Source: an uncultured Acidobacteriota bacterium
Lineage (GTDB): Bacteria > Acidobacteriota > Thermoanaerobaculia > Multivoradales > UBA5704
DNA length: 64,000 bases
Assembly (NCBI GenBank): GCA_963700145.1
Contig: OY969474.1
Location: 2,848,001-2,912,000 of the forward strand
Direction of reading: 5' to 3'
Below, one piece after another: positions 41,333-51,225 of this stretch. Below the pieces are notes generated by a model. That model saw only the letters and a list, made by a program, of their open reading frames with translations, ran no database searches and was not told where the DNA came from. Numbering within the stretch: position 1 is the stretch's first letter; every line of letters starts with the position of its first letter. A program made the position numbers and the translations under genes.

Positions 41333-44300
41333 TCAGAACTCCTTCCAGTTCTTCTCGATGATGCAGATCGGCACCGGCGCGATGTGGATGATGCCGGTGT
41401 CGGAGGCCAGCGTCTTGACGTCGTGCCGGTAGTTGGCGAACTTGCAGTTCGAGGGGAAGAGCTTCTGCAGCTCCTGCATCACCTTGTTGAGGTGCGCCGC
41501 GAGCTGGCCGGAGGTGGCTTCCTCGCCGGGCGCCGTCGCCGTCTGCCCCTGCTCGATGTAAGGCTCGGTGACGAAGTCCTGGATGACGGTGAAGCGCGTC
41601 GGCAGGAGGTTGGTGTCGTAGAGCAGGCCGTTGCCGTTGGTGGCGTTGACCGCGAAGATGCGGCTGCTGCCGGTGCGGCGGCAGGTGGGCTCCTCCTGCC
41701 CCTGCCCGGGGGTGACCAGCACGTCGGGGTCGAAGACCGTGAAGACCAGGACCCCAGAGAGGGCGAACGGGTTGGTGATCAGCTTCTCGTCGGCGTTCAG
41801 CGGCAGGAGCCACCCCTTGCCGGCAACGCCGGGATCGGTGATGAAGTCGGTGTTGGTGGACGCCGACGCCGGGTCGATCTGCGTCAGGTCGGCCTCGGTG
41901 TAGAAGGTCGTCTTGTCGTCGACGCGGATGTCGTCGCGCATGACGTAGAAGCGCCCGGTCTGTCCCTCGGCGCTCCACAGGTCGTTGCGCTGGCCGACGC
42001 CGAAGGCCAGGGCGTACTCGTTGCGCCGCGCGATGAAGATAACCGAGGGGCGGTAGAAGATCGCCCGCGGCGGCACGGCCGGGGTGGTGGCGTCCTGCTG
42101 CGCCTTGAAGACCACCCGCGGCGCGAAGCGGAGGTCGGTCGGCAGGATGCGCTGCACTGTCACCGGCCCGAGGCCCGGCGGCAGGCCCTGCGCCACGTCC
42201 AGCACCACCGGCGCCAGCTCGGGCAGCTCGCCGGCCGGCCCGCGCAGGTCGACCCGGTACATCAGCCCCTTGTTGGTGCCGAGGTAGATGCGGTCGAGGT
42301 AGCCGTCCTGGTCGGTGTCCACCGCCGCCGGCTCCGACGGCGCGGCGCCGTCGACGGTCTGCTTGTAGATCGCCTGGCCGGTCTCGATGTCCACCATGTA
42401 GAGCCAGTTGCCGGCGAGGTTGGTGGTGTCGAGCCCGCCACCGAAGACCGCCACGTACTTGTCCACCGGGACGTTAGCCTCGAGGACCCGGATGCGGCCG
42501 ATGTTGGGGATCGACCAGGTCTGGGCGAGGTCGTTCCTGCCGTTGCCGTCCTCGTCGAGCCGGCTGGGCACGCCGGCCAGGGCGTCGTAGACGCTGTCGG
42601 TGAACTCCCAGAGCTGCGCCGGGAACTTGACCGGACCGCAGCTGGAGTCCTCGGCCATGTCGAAGCAAGTTGGCACCCACGGACCCGGATCGCCCGGTAC
42701 GCCCGAAATGTGCGGCAGGTGGTCACCGTGGTCGCGGATGGTGTCGGGTTGAGTGATGTCCAGCGCGTAATAGGCGCTCCCTCCTTCGCGCATGCCGCCG
42801 ATCAGCACCGTCCGCCACTCCGGCCCGTCTTCGCTGTCCGGGTCGTCGGGATTAGGCACACCGACGAACCGCGGGTCGATGCGCACGTCGGCGGCGGCCA
42901 CGGTGCCGTCCACCGACCAAGTGCGGTTGGTGCCGGAGCCGGCGTAGAGGTCTTTGAGCGGGCGCAGCGACGCCCGCGGCACGAAGGCGAAGAGCTCCCG
43001 GCCGGTCCCGTCGTCGAAGGTCTCGTTCTTCTCCGGATCGAGCGGGTCGGTGAAGGCGATCCCGTCGTCGTCCTTGTCGCGGAAGACTCCGGCGTCGAAG
43101 ACATGGAGCTGTCCATCGTTTGCTCCGACGATGAGCATTTTGCGGCGGAAGCGGTGCTTTTGCGCGAACTCGCGGTAGCCGTTGACGTTGTTGGCGAAGA
43201 AGAGCGAGTTGCTCGGGCCGCCGGTGATCACCGGGTTGGAATGGAAGATGTCGCCAAGGACAAAGGGCACGTCATCGGCGAGGTTGGCAGGCGTCCCGGC
43301 GAGATCAGCTGTCTTAAGCGCGAGGGCCTCGCGAATCACCTCCACGGCGATGGCCTGATTTGTGGTGGCATCGCCTGACTGCGGGAGGCCCATGCCGCGA
43401 TAGAGGTCGACACGGTCTGGCAAAGTTGCGGGGGTTTCGAATGCCCTTCGGGCCAAAGGCCACTGGCCGTTCGCAGTCAGACGAGAATAGTAGACCCGTC
43501 GGTCCTCGGGGTTGGGGCCGATCACCACCGGATCGTTCGGGTCCTCCGGCGTCTGCTTGAGCAGCTCCGCACCGGCGTCCCATAGGAAACACTTCCTCTT
43601 GACGCTGTCACTGCAGGCAGGGCTGGTTTTCGGCGTGCCGTCCTGCTCTTCCGGCACCGGTTTTCTGAAGGCATTCATACGCCCCAACCACACCGGCTCC
43701 GGCTCGTCGGGGAAACCTGGACGGACGAGCGGGGCGAGGGGGTTGAAGTTGCTCAGAAAGACTTTCTGCTCCACGTCGGCCTGGACGGTGGGGACGGCCG
43801 CCGAGGCGAACGCCTTGGTGGCCTGCTGGATCTGGCCGATGATCTTGCGCAGGGCGTCGACCAGCTCGCCGTAGGTCTGCGGCGTCAGGCACTCGCCTTT
43901 CCCGGCCTGGGTGAGGCTGTGGTAGGTCGAGTTGGGCGGGCAGGTGCCGCCGAAGTCGATCGCCCAGGTCTTGACCCGCGTCTGCCGCAGGCTGGCGACC
44001 GCCGCGGTGGCGTCGTTGTTGTCGCCGTGCGCCTCGCCGTCGCCGATGACGATCAGGAACGGGCGTCGGCACCCCCACTCGGCGAAGTCCTTGACCACGG
44101 CCACGTCGTCCCAGCCGCTGCCGAAGGGCTGGAAGTCCGACTTGCACTTCTGGTCCTCGCTGCCGATGTACCAGCAGCGGAAATCGACGATCGACTTGTT
44201 GAGCGGGCTGGCGCCGAAGGGGACGAGCGGCCGCCGGTCGGCGTCCTTGAGATGGAAGAAGCCGTCGCTGCGCGGCGCGTTCTCGAAGTAGGCGGCGGCG

Positions 44301-45541
44301 CGGAACTCCATCTCGGAGAGCGGCGCTCCGTCGGACCAGTTCGGGGCCAGGCGGCGGGCGAAGTCCTCGCGGTTGGTGAGGTCCCAGTGCAGCGGGATCA
44401 TGTCGCCGCGGTCGAGGACGATCGCGGGGTCGAGCACGGTGTCCTGCTTGATCTTGTACGGGCTGCCGGCCACCCGCGGGTCCTGGTCGCCGATCTGGTC
44501 GAAGCCCGGGCCGCTGCGGGTCGGCACCGAGTCGTAGTTGCTCTCCCAGCCCTGGCCCGAGAAGGGCTTGTTGCCCGGGCCGCAGGTGCTATTGGCCTGG
44601 ACGTCCTGCCAGGCCCAGCCCATGCCGCGGCTCTGCTCCTCGTTGTTCTCGGGGTTGCCGCCCCCGCCGCCCCCGCCACCGCCACCCCCACCGCCCCCGC
44701 CGCCGCCACCGCCCCCGCCGCCGCCCCCCTGCCCGCAGTCGGCGAACTGGGCGCTGTTGGTCACCAGCTCGTCGGACATCAGGAACTCGGTCGAGTAGTC
44801 GAGGGTCGAGACGACCTCCTCGTGTTCCGTGAGGACCGGGGAAGGCAGGCACACCGTCGCCCTGTCGGTCGCGAAGCGGACCTGCAGGACGCCCGGTCCG
44901 AAGGCCCCGGCCTCGTGGCTGACGGTGAGCTTGTAGGTGTTGGCCCCCTTCTTGAGCCAGAGCGTTGTCGGCGCGTAGGTCAGGATGCCGTCGAGGTCGG
45001 GGTCGGTCGGCGAGAGCTTGGCGAAGCGGTCGACCTTGTCGAGGTCGGCGGCGCTGCTGGCGTTGAGCGGCGCGGCGCAAGTCCCCGCCACGCCCGGCGT
45101 CGCCGTCTCGAAGTGGGTGCCGAAGGTGACGAAGCTGCCGCGGCGCGGGTAGGCGAGGGCGGTGGACTGCGCCGACGCCGACTGCACCCGGTAGAGCCAG
45201 TGCTTGCCGCGCACGCGGAGCTGGTCCTGGTTGTAGGTCGCCAGCCCGAAGTGGATGGTGTCGCCGTTCTCCTGGTAGGTCTCGGTCAGCACCTGGAGCA
45301 ACGCCTGCTTGACCTGCAGGAACTTGGAGGTGACGCCGTCGCCGCTGCCGTGCACCCAGGTGTCGTCGGGCGCCAGGTTCATCGAGGTCGAGGTGTCGAT
45401 GATGAAGTAGACGTAGGGCTTGCCCGACTGGATCTTGAAGAGCAGCGTGTCGTCGCCGGCCGCGTAGCCGGCGAGCAGGGCGGCGGCGAGCACGCCGGCG
45501 ACGGCGGCGCGGAGCGGGAGCTGGGATCGGCGAGTGCGCAT
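41333..45541 (-). CDS. pilY1: Type IV pilus tip adhesin, PilY1-like
   Basis: vWA-like IIDTSTSM, LGDIFHS, VGANDGQLHVF, GRELFAFVP, Ca-binding DTDQDGYLD. Contains a poly-Gly tract. Confidence 0.9.
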   Translation of the reverse strand: MRTRRSQLPLRAAVAGVLAAALLAGYAAGDDTLLFKIQSGKPYVYFIIDTSTSMNLAPDDTWVHGSGDGVTSKFLQVKQALLQVLTETYQENGDTIHFGLATYNQDQLRVRGKHWLYRVQSASAQSTALAYPRRGSFVTFGTHFETATPGVAGTCAAPLNASSAADLDKVDRFAKLSPTDPDLDGILTYAPTTLWLKKGANTYKLTVSHEAGAFGPGVLQVRFATDRATVCLPSPVLTEHEEVVSTLDYSTEFLMSDELVTNSAQFADCGQGGGGGGGGGGGGGGGGGGGGGGGGNPENNEEQSRGMGWAWQDVQANSTCGPGNKPFSGQGWESNYDSVPTRSGPGFDQIGDQDPRVAGSPYKIKQDTVLDPAIVLDRGDMIPLHWDLTNREDFARRLAPNWSDGAPLSEMEFRAAAYFENAPRSDGFFHLKDADRRPLVPFGASPLNKSIVDFRCWYIGSEDQKCKSDFQPFGSGWDDVAVVKDFAEWGCRRPFLIVIGDGEAHGDNNDATAAVASLRQTRVKTWAIDFGGTCPPNSTYHSLTQAGKGECLTPQTYGELVDALRKIIGQIQQATKAFASAAVPTVQADVEQKVFLSNFNPLAPLVRPGFPDEPEPVWLGRMNAFRKPVPEEQDGTPKTSPACSDSVKRKCFLWDAGAELLKQTPEDPNDPVVIGPNPEDRRVYYSRLTANGQWPLARRAFETPATLPDRVDLYRGMGLPQSGDATTNQAIAVEVIREALALKTADLAGTPANLADDVPFVLGDIFHSNPVITGGPSNSLFFANNVNGYREFAQKHRFRRKMLIVGANDGQLHVFDAGVFRDKDDDGIAFTDPLDPEKNETFDDGTGRELFAFVPRASLRPLKDLYAGSGTNRTWSVDGTVAAADVRIDPRFVGVPNPDDPDSEDGPEWRTVLIGGMREGGSAYYALDITQPDTIRDHGDHLPHISGVPGDPGPWVPTCFDMAEDSSCGPVKFPAQLWEFTDSVYDALAGVPSRLDEDGNGRNDLAQTWSIPNIGRIRVLEANVPVDKYVAVFGGGLDTTNLAGNWLYMVDIETGQAIYKQTVDGAAPSEPAAVDTDQDGYLDRIYLGTNKGLMYRVDLRGPAGELPELAPVVLDVAQGLPPGLGPVTVQRILPTDLRFAPRVVFKAQQDATTPAVPPRAIFYRPSVIFIARRNEYALAFGVGQRNDLWSAEGQTGRFYVMRDDIRVDDKTTFYTEADLTQIDPASASTNTDFITDPGVAGKGWLLPLNADEKLITNPFALSGVLVFTVFDPDVLVTPGQGQEEPTCRRTGSSRIFAVNATNGNGLLYDTNLLPTRFTVIQDFVTEPYIEQGQTATAPGEEATSGQLAAHLNKVMQELQKLFPSNCKFANYRHDVKTLASDTGIIHIAPVPICIIEKNWKEF

Positions 45542-45567
45542 TTCGGGACCTCCTCGGGCGGCGGCGA

Positions 45568-46155
45568 TCAGAACCTGATGCGGTCGAGCTCGGCCTGGTT
45601 TTGCACCGCCGAGTAGGCCTCCGGCGAGGCCCGCCAGGGCTGGATCTCGATCATCGCGCTCAGCGTCTTCTGCGCCACCGGCGTCTCGTTGCTGCCGTCC
45701 TGGAGCGTGGCGAAGCGCGCCGCGTCGACGGTCACGGCGTGGATGATCTTGCGGAAGGCGCGCTCGTTGTAGGCGCCGGCGTTGTTGATCTCGCAGAGAT
45801 TGCAGGGGGCGTCGAAGATCGGGTAGAAGGGCGAGACGTCGACGCGGGTGCCGAGCTTCACCTTGCCGGTAAGCAGCCCGCCGCTGTCGGTCATGGTGTA
45901 GACGCGGGCGCGGTGGTCGGCGGTCACGAGCACCCGGGCGGTGGCGATCTCGATGCCCGAGTCGGCGACGTAGAAGACGCGGCTGATCGTCTTCTCGTTG
46001 CTCCCCACCAGCATCTCGGTCTGGGTGATCAGCGCCAGCGCCAGGCCGAAGATGGTGAGGACCACGAGGACCACGAGCACCGCCACGTAGGCGCTCCCCC
46101 GCTCTCCCGTGCGGTCCGTGTGCTGCGAGGCGGCGTGCGTGTCGTTCGGCTTCAT
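45568..46155 (-). CDS. Minor pilin, PilX-like
   Basis: ERGSAYVAVLVVLVVLT (no Glu5), FYVADSGIE. Confidence 0.8.
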   Translation of the reverse strand: MKPNDTHAASQHTDRTGERGSAYVAVLVVLVVLTIFGLALALITQTEMLVGSNEKTISRVFYVADSGIEIATARVLVTADHRARVYTMTDSGGLLTGKVKLGTRVDVSPFYPIFDAPCNLCEINNAGAYNERAFRKIIHAVTVDAARFATLQDGSNETPVAQKTLSAMIEIQPWRASPEAYSAVQNQAELDRIRF

Positions 46156-46169
46156 AGCTGGTCTCCGGG

Positions 46170-47411
46170 TCAGGCCACGTTGCGCAGGTCGACGACCGTC
46201 TGCAGCGTGCGGCGGCGGTACATCCGCGACTCGCGGGTGTTGAAGCTGGGGTCGTAGGCGCGGTTCTCGAGCTGCACCAGCAGCGGCCCCTGGTACTGCG
46301 GGTCGCGGCGGTCGGTCTGGACCAGGGTGGCGACGCGGACGTAGTGGAGGCGCGCCGGATTGACCTCCCACTTCGCCGGGTTGTCCATGTCGTCCTCGTG
46401 ATTGAAGAGCCACTCGTCGGCGGCGGTGCCGAGGTCCTCGATCAGGCCGTTGCCGTTGAGGTCCACACCGAGCGCCACCTGCAGGTCCAGGATGTTGTCG
46501 GCGACGTCGACCGCAGCGTTGGCACGGCGCTCCTGGTCGTCGCCGCCGTAGACGATCTCGGTGCCGGGGAGGAAACGGGCGCGCGACAGCCGCGGCGCCA
46601 GGTCGCTCGCCAGGTTCGCGGGCTCCACGTGCTCCTCGCGGATGTAGAAGCGGTACTCCTCGAGGATGCCGGCGTAGGCGACCCGCAGGTTCGGTGGGAA
46701 GCGGCCGCCGCTGGAGAGCAGACCCATCGCGTCCGCCTCGGTGCTGCCGGTGACGCGGAAGTTGAGGGTGGCCTGGCCGTCCGCCACCGAGCTGCTGGGG
46801 AGCAGCTCGACGACCGCGAACTGGGCATCGTCGAGCGGGCTGACCAGCAACAGCGCCTCGGGGCGGGAGGGGTCGGCGTCGACCGCGTCCTTGAGCGGCT
46901 GCAGCGTCTGCGGCACGCCGGTCGGGCTGTGGTCCTGGATGATCAGAGTCCCGGCGGTGGGGTTCTGGGCGTCGGGGGTGAGCGTGAGGGCGCCGATGGC
47001 GGTGGTGTTGATCTGGTAGAGCGGCGCGCTGATGACCCCGCGCACGGTCAGGACGTCGGTGCCTTCGAGGATCCGGGTCGCCGGCTCCGCGGGGAGCATG
47101 AAGGTCGACGCCGGCACGTCGTCGCGGACCGAGACTGCCACGCCGGTCGGCAGGTGCCGCGGCGCCAGGCCCGCGGGCTCGCTCGCCGGCAGGCCGCCGC
47201 GCCCGGCCATGCGCACTAATCGCACCATGTCGTACTGGGCGACGCGCAGCGACTGCTGCATGTCGGCGACGTGCGTCTGGACGCGCGCGATGCGGTTGTT
47301 GAAGTCGAAGAGGGCGAGGACGCCGAGCAGGAGGATGACGGTGACGCCGAGCGTGACCAGCAGCTCGACCAGGGTGAAGCCGGCTTGGCGGCGCATAGAA
47401 CGCTCCATCAC
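46170..47411 (-). CDS. Minor pilin, PilW-like
   Basis: QAGFTLVELL, MQQSLR...VRMAG, C-terminal VDLRN. Confidence 0.85.
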   Translation of the reverse strand: MMERSMRRQAGFTLVELLVTLGVTVILLLGVLALFDFNNRIARVQTHVADMQQSLRVAQYDMVRLVRMAGRGGLPASEPAGLAPRHLPTGVAVSVRDDVPASTFMLPAEPATRILEGTDVLTVRGVISAPLYQINTTAIGALTLTPDAQNPTAGTLIIQDHSPTGVPQTLQPLKDAVDADPSRPEALLLVSPLDDAQFAVVELLPSSSVADGQATLNFRVTGSTEADAMGLLSSGGRFPPNLRVAYAGILEEYRFYIREEHVEPANLASDLAPRLSRARFLPGTEIVYGGDDQERRANAAVDVADNILDLQVALGVDLNGNGLIEDLGTAADEWLFNHEDDMDNPAKWEVNPARLHYVRVATLVQTDRRDPQYQGPLLVQLENRAYDPSFNTRESRMYRRRTLQTVVDLRNVA

Positions 47412-47905
47412 TTGGCCTTGAGCATCTGGAGCACCAGCTCGTTCCTGCCGCCCAGCGGGTTGCCCGGCGAGCGGTTGCCCGCCACCTCGACGCGGATCTC
47501 CTTCAAGTGCACGTAGCTCGGATCGGTGTCGCCGTCGAGCGGCTCGTCGAGGTCGTTGATGCCGAAGAGGCGCACGCGGGTGCTGCGCCGCCAGATCGCG
47601 TAGTCGCCGCTCGGCGGCGTGGTGGTCCAGGTGTGGGCGGCGAAGTTGTAGCTGTCGCTGACGACGAGCTGGGTCTGGCCATCCGGCACGTCGAGGCGGG
47701 CGCTGTCGAAGGGGAGCTGGAAATACTCCTCGAGGCGCGACTTGCCCATGTTGCTGACGTCGGTCGCCTCGCGGCCGGAGAGGTTGTTGCGGATCGACTC
47801 GACGAAGAGGGGCAAGAGCCCCACCGCGATGATGAGGAAGATCCCCGCCGCGATCAGCACCTCGATGACCGAGAAGCCGGCGTTGCTCCGGTTGCCGTTG
47901 CCCAT
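47408..47905 (-). CDS. Minor pilin, PilV-like
   Basis: AGFSVIEVLIA prepilin motif. Confidence 0.8.
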   Translation of the reverse strand: MGNGNRSNAGFSVIEVLIAAGIFLIIAVGLLPLFVESIRNNLSGREATDVSNMGKSRLEEYFQLPFDSARLDVPDGQTQLVVSDSYNFAAHTWTTTPPSGDYAIWRRSTRVRLFGINDLDEPLDGDTDPSYVHLKEIRVEVAGNRSPGNPLGGRNELVLQMLKAK

Positions 47906-47968
47906 GCTGGGTCTCCCGCGCCGGCGGCGCCGGCGCACACTGCTGGTGGACTTCCGGCAGGGGCAGGG

Positions 47969-47984
47969 AGCAAGGGGGGTGCCA
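47969..47984 (-). promoter_or_regulatory. Sigma54 promoter of the minor pilin operon
   Basis: TGGCAC-CCCCC-TTGCT. Confidence 0.8.
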
Positions 47985-48041
47985 CTCGCGCGGGCGCCGG
48001 CGCCGGCGCCGTAAAGCACTGCGCGAGTGGGAGTTCCGCCC

Positions 48042-49769
48042 TCAGGCGGGGCGCGCGGGAGGGGGGAGTGGCTGGGCCGCGCCGTTACCGGCGGTAACGT
48101 TTGTGTCGTGAGCGTGAGGGAAGGCGATACGCACCCGCGTGCCGCCGCCGGGGCGGTCCTCGAGCTGGATCGAGCCGCCGTGCAGGACGACGATGCGGTG
48201 CGCCAGCGCCAACCCCAGGCCCACGCCGCCGGCGCGGCCGGTAACGAAGGGGTGGAAGAGCCGCTCGCGCACCGCCGGCGGCACGCCCGGACCGCGGTCC
48301 TCGATCGTCAGCTCGACCCCCTCCGCCGTGCGCGCCAGCGCCGCCCGCACAGGGCCGCTCCGCCCCGCCTCGCGCTCCGCCTGGGCGGCGTTGCGCAGCA
48401 GGTTGCGCAGCGCCCGCTCGAGGAGCTGCGGGTCGCCGGCCAGGCGCGGCTCCTCCGCCTCGGCCCCGGCGAGCTCCACCGCCACGCCGTCGAGCGCCGG
48501 GTCCGCCGCCGCCCGCCGCAGGAGGGCCGGCAGCGACAGCTCCTCGATCCGCGCCGTGCCCGGGCGGGCGAAGGCGAGGAAGTCCTCGAGCACCCGCTCC
48601 AGGTGGTCGGTCTCGCGCCGGATCTCGCCCAGGAAGTCGGCGACCGCCTGCTCGTCGGGGCGGCGCTCGATCAGCGTCAGGTAGCCGCGCAGGGTCGCCA
48701 GGCTGTTGCGCAGCTCGTGCGCCACGCCGCCGGCCATCTCACCCAGGCGGGTGAGGCTCTCGGCCAGGCGGCTCTGGTCGGCCTGCCGCCGCGCCTCGGT
48801 CAGGTCGGCGAAGAGGACGAGGAAGCCGCGCGCCGCGCCATCGCCGCGCCGCAGCGGGTGCACCGAGAGGCCGAGGGTGAGGGCGCCGTCCGCGCGGCGC
48901 AGGGTGACCTCCTGCCGCTGCAGCTCGCGGCCGTGGGCCACCGCCTCGGTGAGGAGCGTGAGGAGCTCGGGGCGGCCGGCCAGGACCTCCTCCAGCGGCC
49001 GTCCGGGCTCGGGGGGCTCGACGCCGAGGAGGCGCGCGCCGACGGCGTTGAGCGCCAGCACCTCGCCCGCCGCGTCGAGCAGCAGGAGGCCGCTCTGCAG
49101 GCTGCCGACGAGGGTGCGCTCGAGGGTGGCGATGTCGTCCTCGGCGCTCCGCGCCTCCGCTCCCGCCATCGCCGCCAGCGCCCGCTCGAACGTCGCCACC
49201 AGGAACTCCGCCTCGTCCCCCTCGGGCGCCGCCGCCGGGTCGCCGACCGCGCGGGCGCGGGCGAGGAGCGTGTCGTAAGGCGCCAGGAGATGGCGGAGGA
49301 ACGCGAGGACGAGGAGGATCAGGGCGCCGTTGACGGCGAGGACGACGACGGTCAGCACGCGGGCGGCGCGGGCGCTGCCGGCGAGGACCGCGGCCGGGAG
49401 GTGGACGCGCACCACGCGCCCGCCGCCGAGCGGCGCGTCGCCGGCCACCGCGCCGTCGGGCGGCTCGCCGGCCGCCGCGAGCACCTGGCCGCCGGCACCG
49501 AGGACCGCCACCGCCGCGGCGCCGGGCGCCAGCCGGCGGAGCGCGCCCGGCCCCGGCGTCGCCGCCGTCCCGCCGAGCGCCGCGGCGACGCTCCGCGCCA
49601 GCTCCGCCGCTTCCTCCCGCCGCTCCTCGGCGAGGAGGGCGAGCGCGCTGCGGTAGGCGAAGATGGTGAAGGTCGACAAGGCGGCCAGGAGGACGACCGA
49701 GGCCGGCAGGAGGATCAGCACCTCCCGCCGCAGGCCGAGCCCCCGCCGCCGCTGCCGCACGCCGTTCAC
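48042..49769 (-). CDS. Sensor histidine kinase (PilS/NtrB-like)
   Basis: Two TM helices, PAS domain, H-box AHELRNSL, N, G1, F and G2 boxes. Confidence 0.92.
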   Translation of the reverse strand: MNGVRQRRRGLGLRREVLILLPASVVLLAALSTFTIFAYRSALALLAEERREEAAELARSVAAALGGTAATPGPGALRRLAPGAAAVAVLGAGGQVLAAAGEPPDGAVAGDAPLGGGRVVRVHLPAAVLAGSARAARVLTVVVLAVNGALILLVLAFLRHLLAPYDTLLARARAVGDPAAAPEGDEAEFLVATFERALAAMAGAEARSAEDDIATLERTLVGSLQSGLLLLDAAGEVLALNAVGARLLGVEPPEPGRPLEEVLAGRPELLTLLTEAVAHGRELQRQEVTLRRADGALTLGLSVHPLRRGDGAARGFLVLFADLTEARRQADQSRLAESLTRLGEMAGGVAHELRNSLATLRGYLTLIERRPDEQAVADFLGEIRRETDHLERVLEDFLAFARPGTARIEELSLPALLRRAAADPALDGVAVELAGAEAEEPRLAGDPQLLERALRNLLRNAAQAEREAGRSGPVRAALARTAEGVELTIEDRGPGVPPAVRERLFHPFVTGRAGGVGLGLALAHRIVVLHGGSIQLEDRPGGGTRVRIAFPHAHDTNVTAGNGAAQPLPPPARPA

Positions 49770-50536
49770 AGGAGACCCAGGTAGGCGCCGAGGAGCCGCT
49801 CGCCGGCGAAGAGCGCCACCAGCCCGCCGAGGGCGAGGAAGGTGCCGAACGGGAGCTTGGTCTTGGTGTGGCCGCGGCCGGCGCGGATCAGGACCAGGCC
49901 GGCGACGGCGCCGGCGAGGGAGCCGCAGAAGAGGGTCACCACGACGCCGCGCCAGCCCAGGAAGGCGCCGATCATCGCCAGCATCTTGACGTCGCCGAGC
50001 CCCAGGCCCTCCTCCCCCCGCAGCAGGTACCAGAGACCGTAGAGGGCGAGGAGGAGACCGCCGCCCAAGGCGGCGCCGAAGAGCGCGCCGCGCCAGCCCA
50101 CCCAGTCGATCCAGGGCTGGACGGCGATGCCGGCGGCGATGCCCGGCAGGGTGACGCGGTCGGGCAGGTAGAAGTGCTCGAGGTCGATCATCGCCAGCGC
50201 CACCAGCAGCGCGCAGAAGAGGGCGGCGACGGCGGCCTCCGGCCGCACCCCGAAGCGGGCGACGCAGCCGGCGAAGAGGAGAGCGGTCGTCCCCTCGACG
50301 ATCGGGTAGCGGCGGGAGATCGGGGCGCCGCAGGCGCGGCAGCGGCCGCCGAGCAGCAGCCAGCTCACCACCGGCAGGTTGTCGCGGGCGCGGATCGGCG
50401 CGTCGCAGGCGGGGCAGCGGGAGCGCGGCAGGACGGTCGAGATCCCCCGCGGCAAGCGGTGGATGACGACGTTCAGGTAGCTGCCCACGATGAGGCCGAC
50501 GGCCGCGGCGTAGGCGCCGACGAGCAGTTCGAGCAC
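49766..50536 (-). CDS. pilD: Prepilin peptidase
   Basis: GSYLNVVIHRLP, CxxC pairs, IDLEH.LPD, GLGDVK, PFGTFL. Confidence 0.95.
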   Translation of the reverse strand: MLELLVGAYAAAVGLIVGSYLNVVIHRLPRGISTVLPRSRCPACDAPIRARDNLPVVSWLLLGGRCRACGAPISRRYPIVEGTTALLFAGCVARFGVRPEAAVAALFCALLVALAMIDLEHFYLPDRVTLPGIAAGIAVQPWIDWVGWRGALFGAALGGGLLLALYGLWYLLRGEEGLGLGDVKMLAMIGAFLGWRGVVVTLFCGSLAGAVAGLVLIRAGRGHTKTKLPFGTFLALGGLVALFAGERLLGAYLGLL

Positions 50537-50568
50537 GTGGCCGGGATTCTAGACGGCTACGAACAACG

Positions 50569-50600
50569 AGATCCTTCGGCGCTGCGCGCCTCAGGATGAC
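50569..50600. repeat. Single REP-like copy
   Basis: AGATCCTTCGGCGCTGCGCGCCTCAGGATGAC. Confidence 0.7.
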
Positions 50601-50612
50601 CGGCTCCGCCGG

Positions 50613-51131
50613 TCAATTCTTCTTCCCCTCCGGCCAGCGGATCATGTAGCCGTCGGTCCAGACGATGTCCTGGTCGTAGTCGGTGGTCTCGAAGCCGCCG
50701 GGGGTGTAGGTGTCACCGGTCTTCTTCTGGTCGCGGCCGCTGCTGCGGATCGCCATCACTTCCTTGCCCAGCGGGTTGGCGGTGTCGAGGTAGAAGTCGA
50801 AGGGGTGCTTCCAGCCGTCCAGCTGGGGCAGCTCCTGCATGTAGGTCGAGACCAGCTCGGCCTTCAGGTTGGTGGCGCTGATCGACGCGTACTTCGTGAG
50901 GTCCACCTGGTTGGTGGAGGCGCCGGCGGCGGCCGCCGCCGCCTCGTCGGTCAGCCAGGCCATCATCGCCGTGCCGGTCATCTGGACGTTGGCCAAGGTC
51001 CGCTTCTGCCGCGCCCGCTGCAGGGCGTCGATCAGGTTGGGGATGAGGATGGCGGCGATGATGCCGATGATGGCGATGACGATCAGCAACTCGATCAGCG
51101 TGAAGCCACGCTGCTCCGCTTTGCGCCTCAT
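50613..51131 (-). CDS. Type IV pilin / GspG-like, paralog 2
   Basis: RGFTLIELLIVIAIIGII, DGWKHPF, IRSSGRD. Confidence 0.9.
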   Translation of the reverse strand: MRRKAEQRGFTLIELLIVIAIIGIIAAILIPNLIDALQRARQKRTLANVQMTGTAMMAWLTDEAAAAAAGASTNQVDLTKYASISATNLKAELVSTYMQELPQLDGWKHPFDFYLDTANPLGKEVMAIRSSGRDQKKTGDTYTPGGFETTDYDQDIVWTDGYMIRWPEGKKN

Positions 51132-51157
51132 GCAGGGGACCTCCGTCGCCATGCAAA

Positions 51158-51173
51158 AGCAAGGAGGAAGCCA
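51158..51173 (-). promoter_or_regulatory. Sigma54 promoter of pilin paralog 2
   Basis: TGGCTT-CCTCC-TTGCT. Confidence 0.65.
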
Positions 51174-51225
51174 TAGCCGGCGGCGCATCTGCGCGGCGCC
51201 GCGACGGGCCGTGCGACAGGAATCG

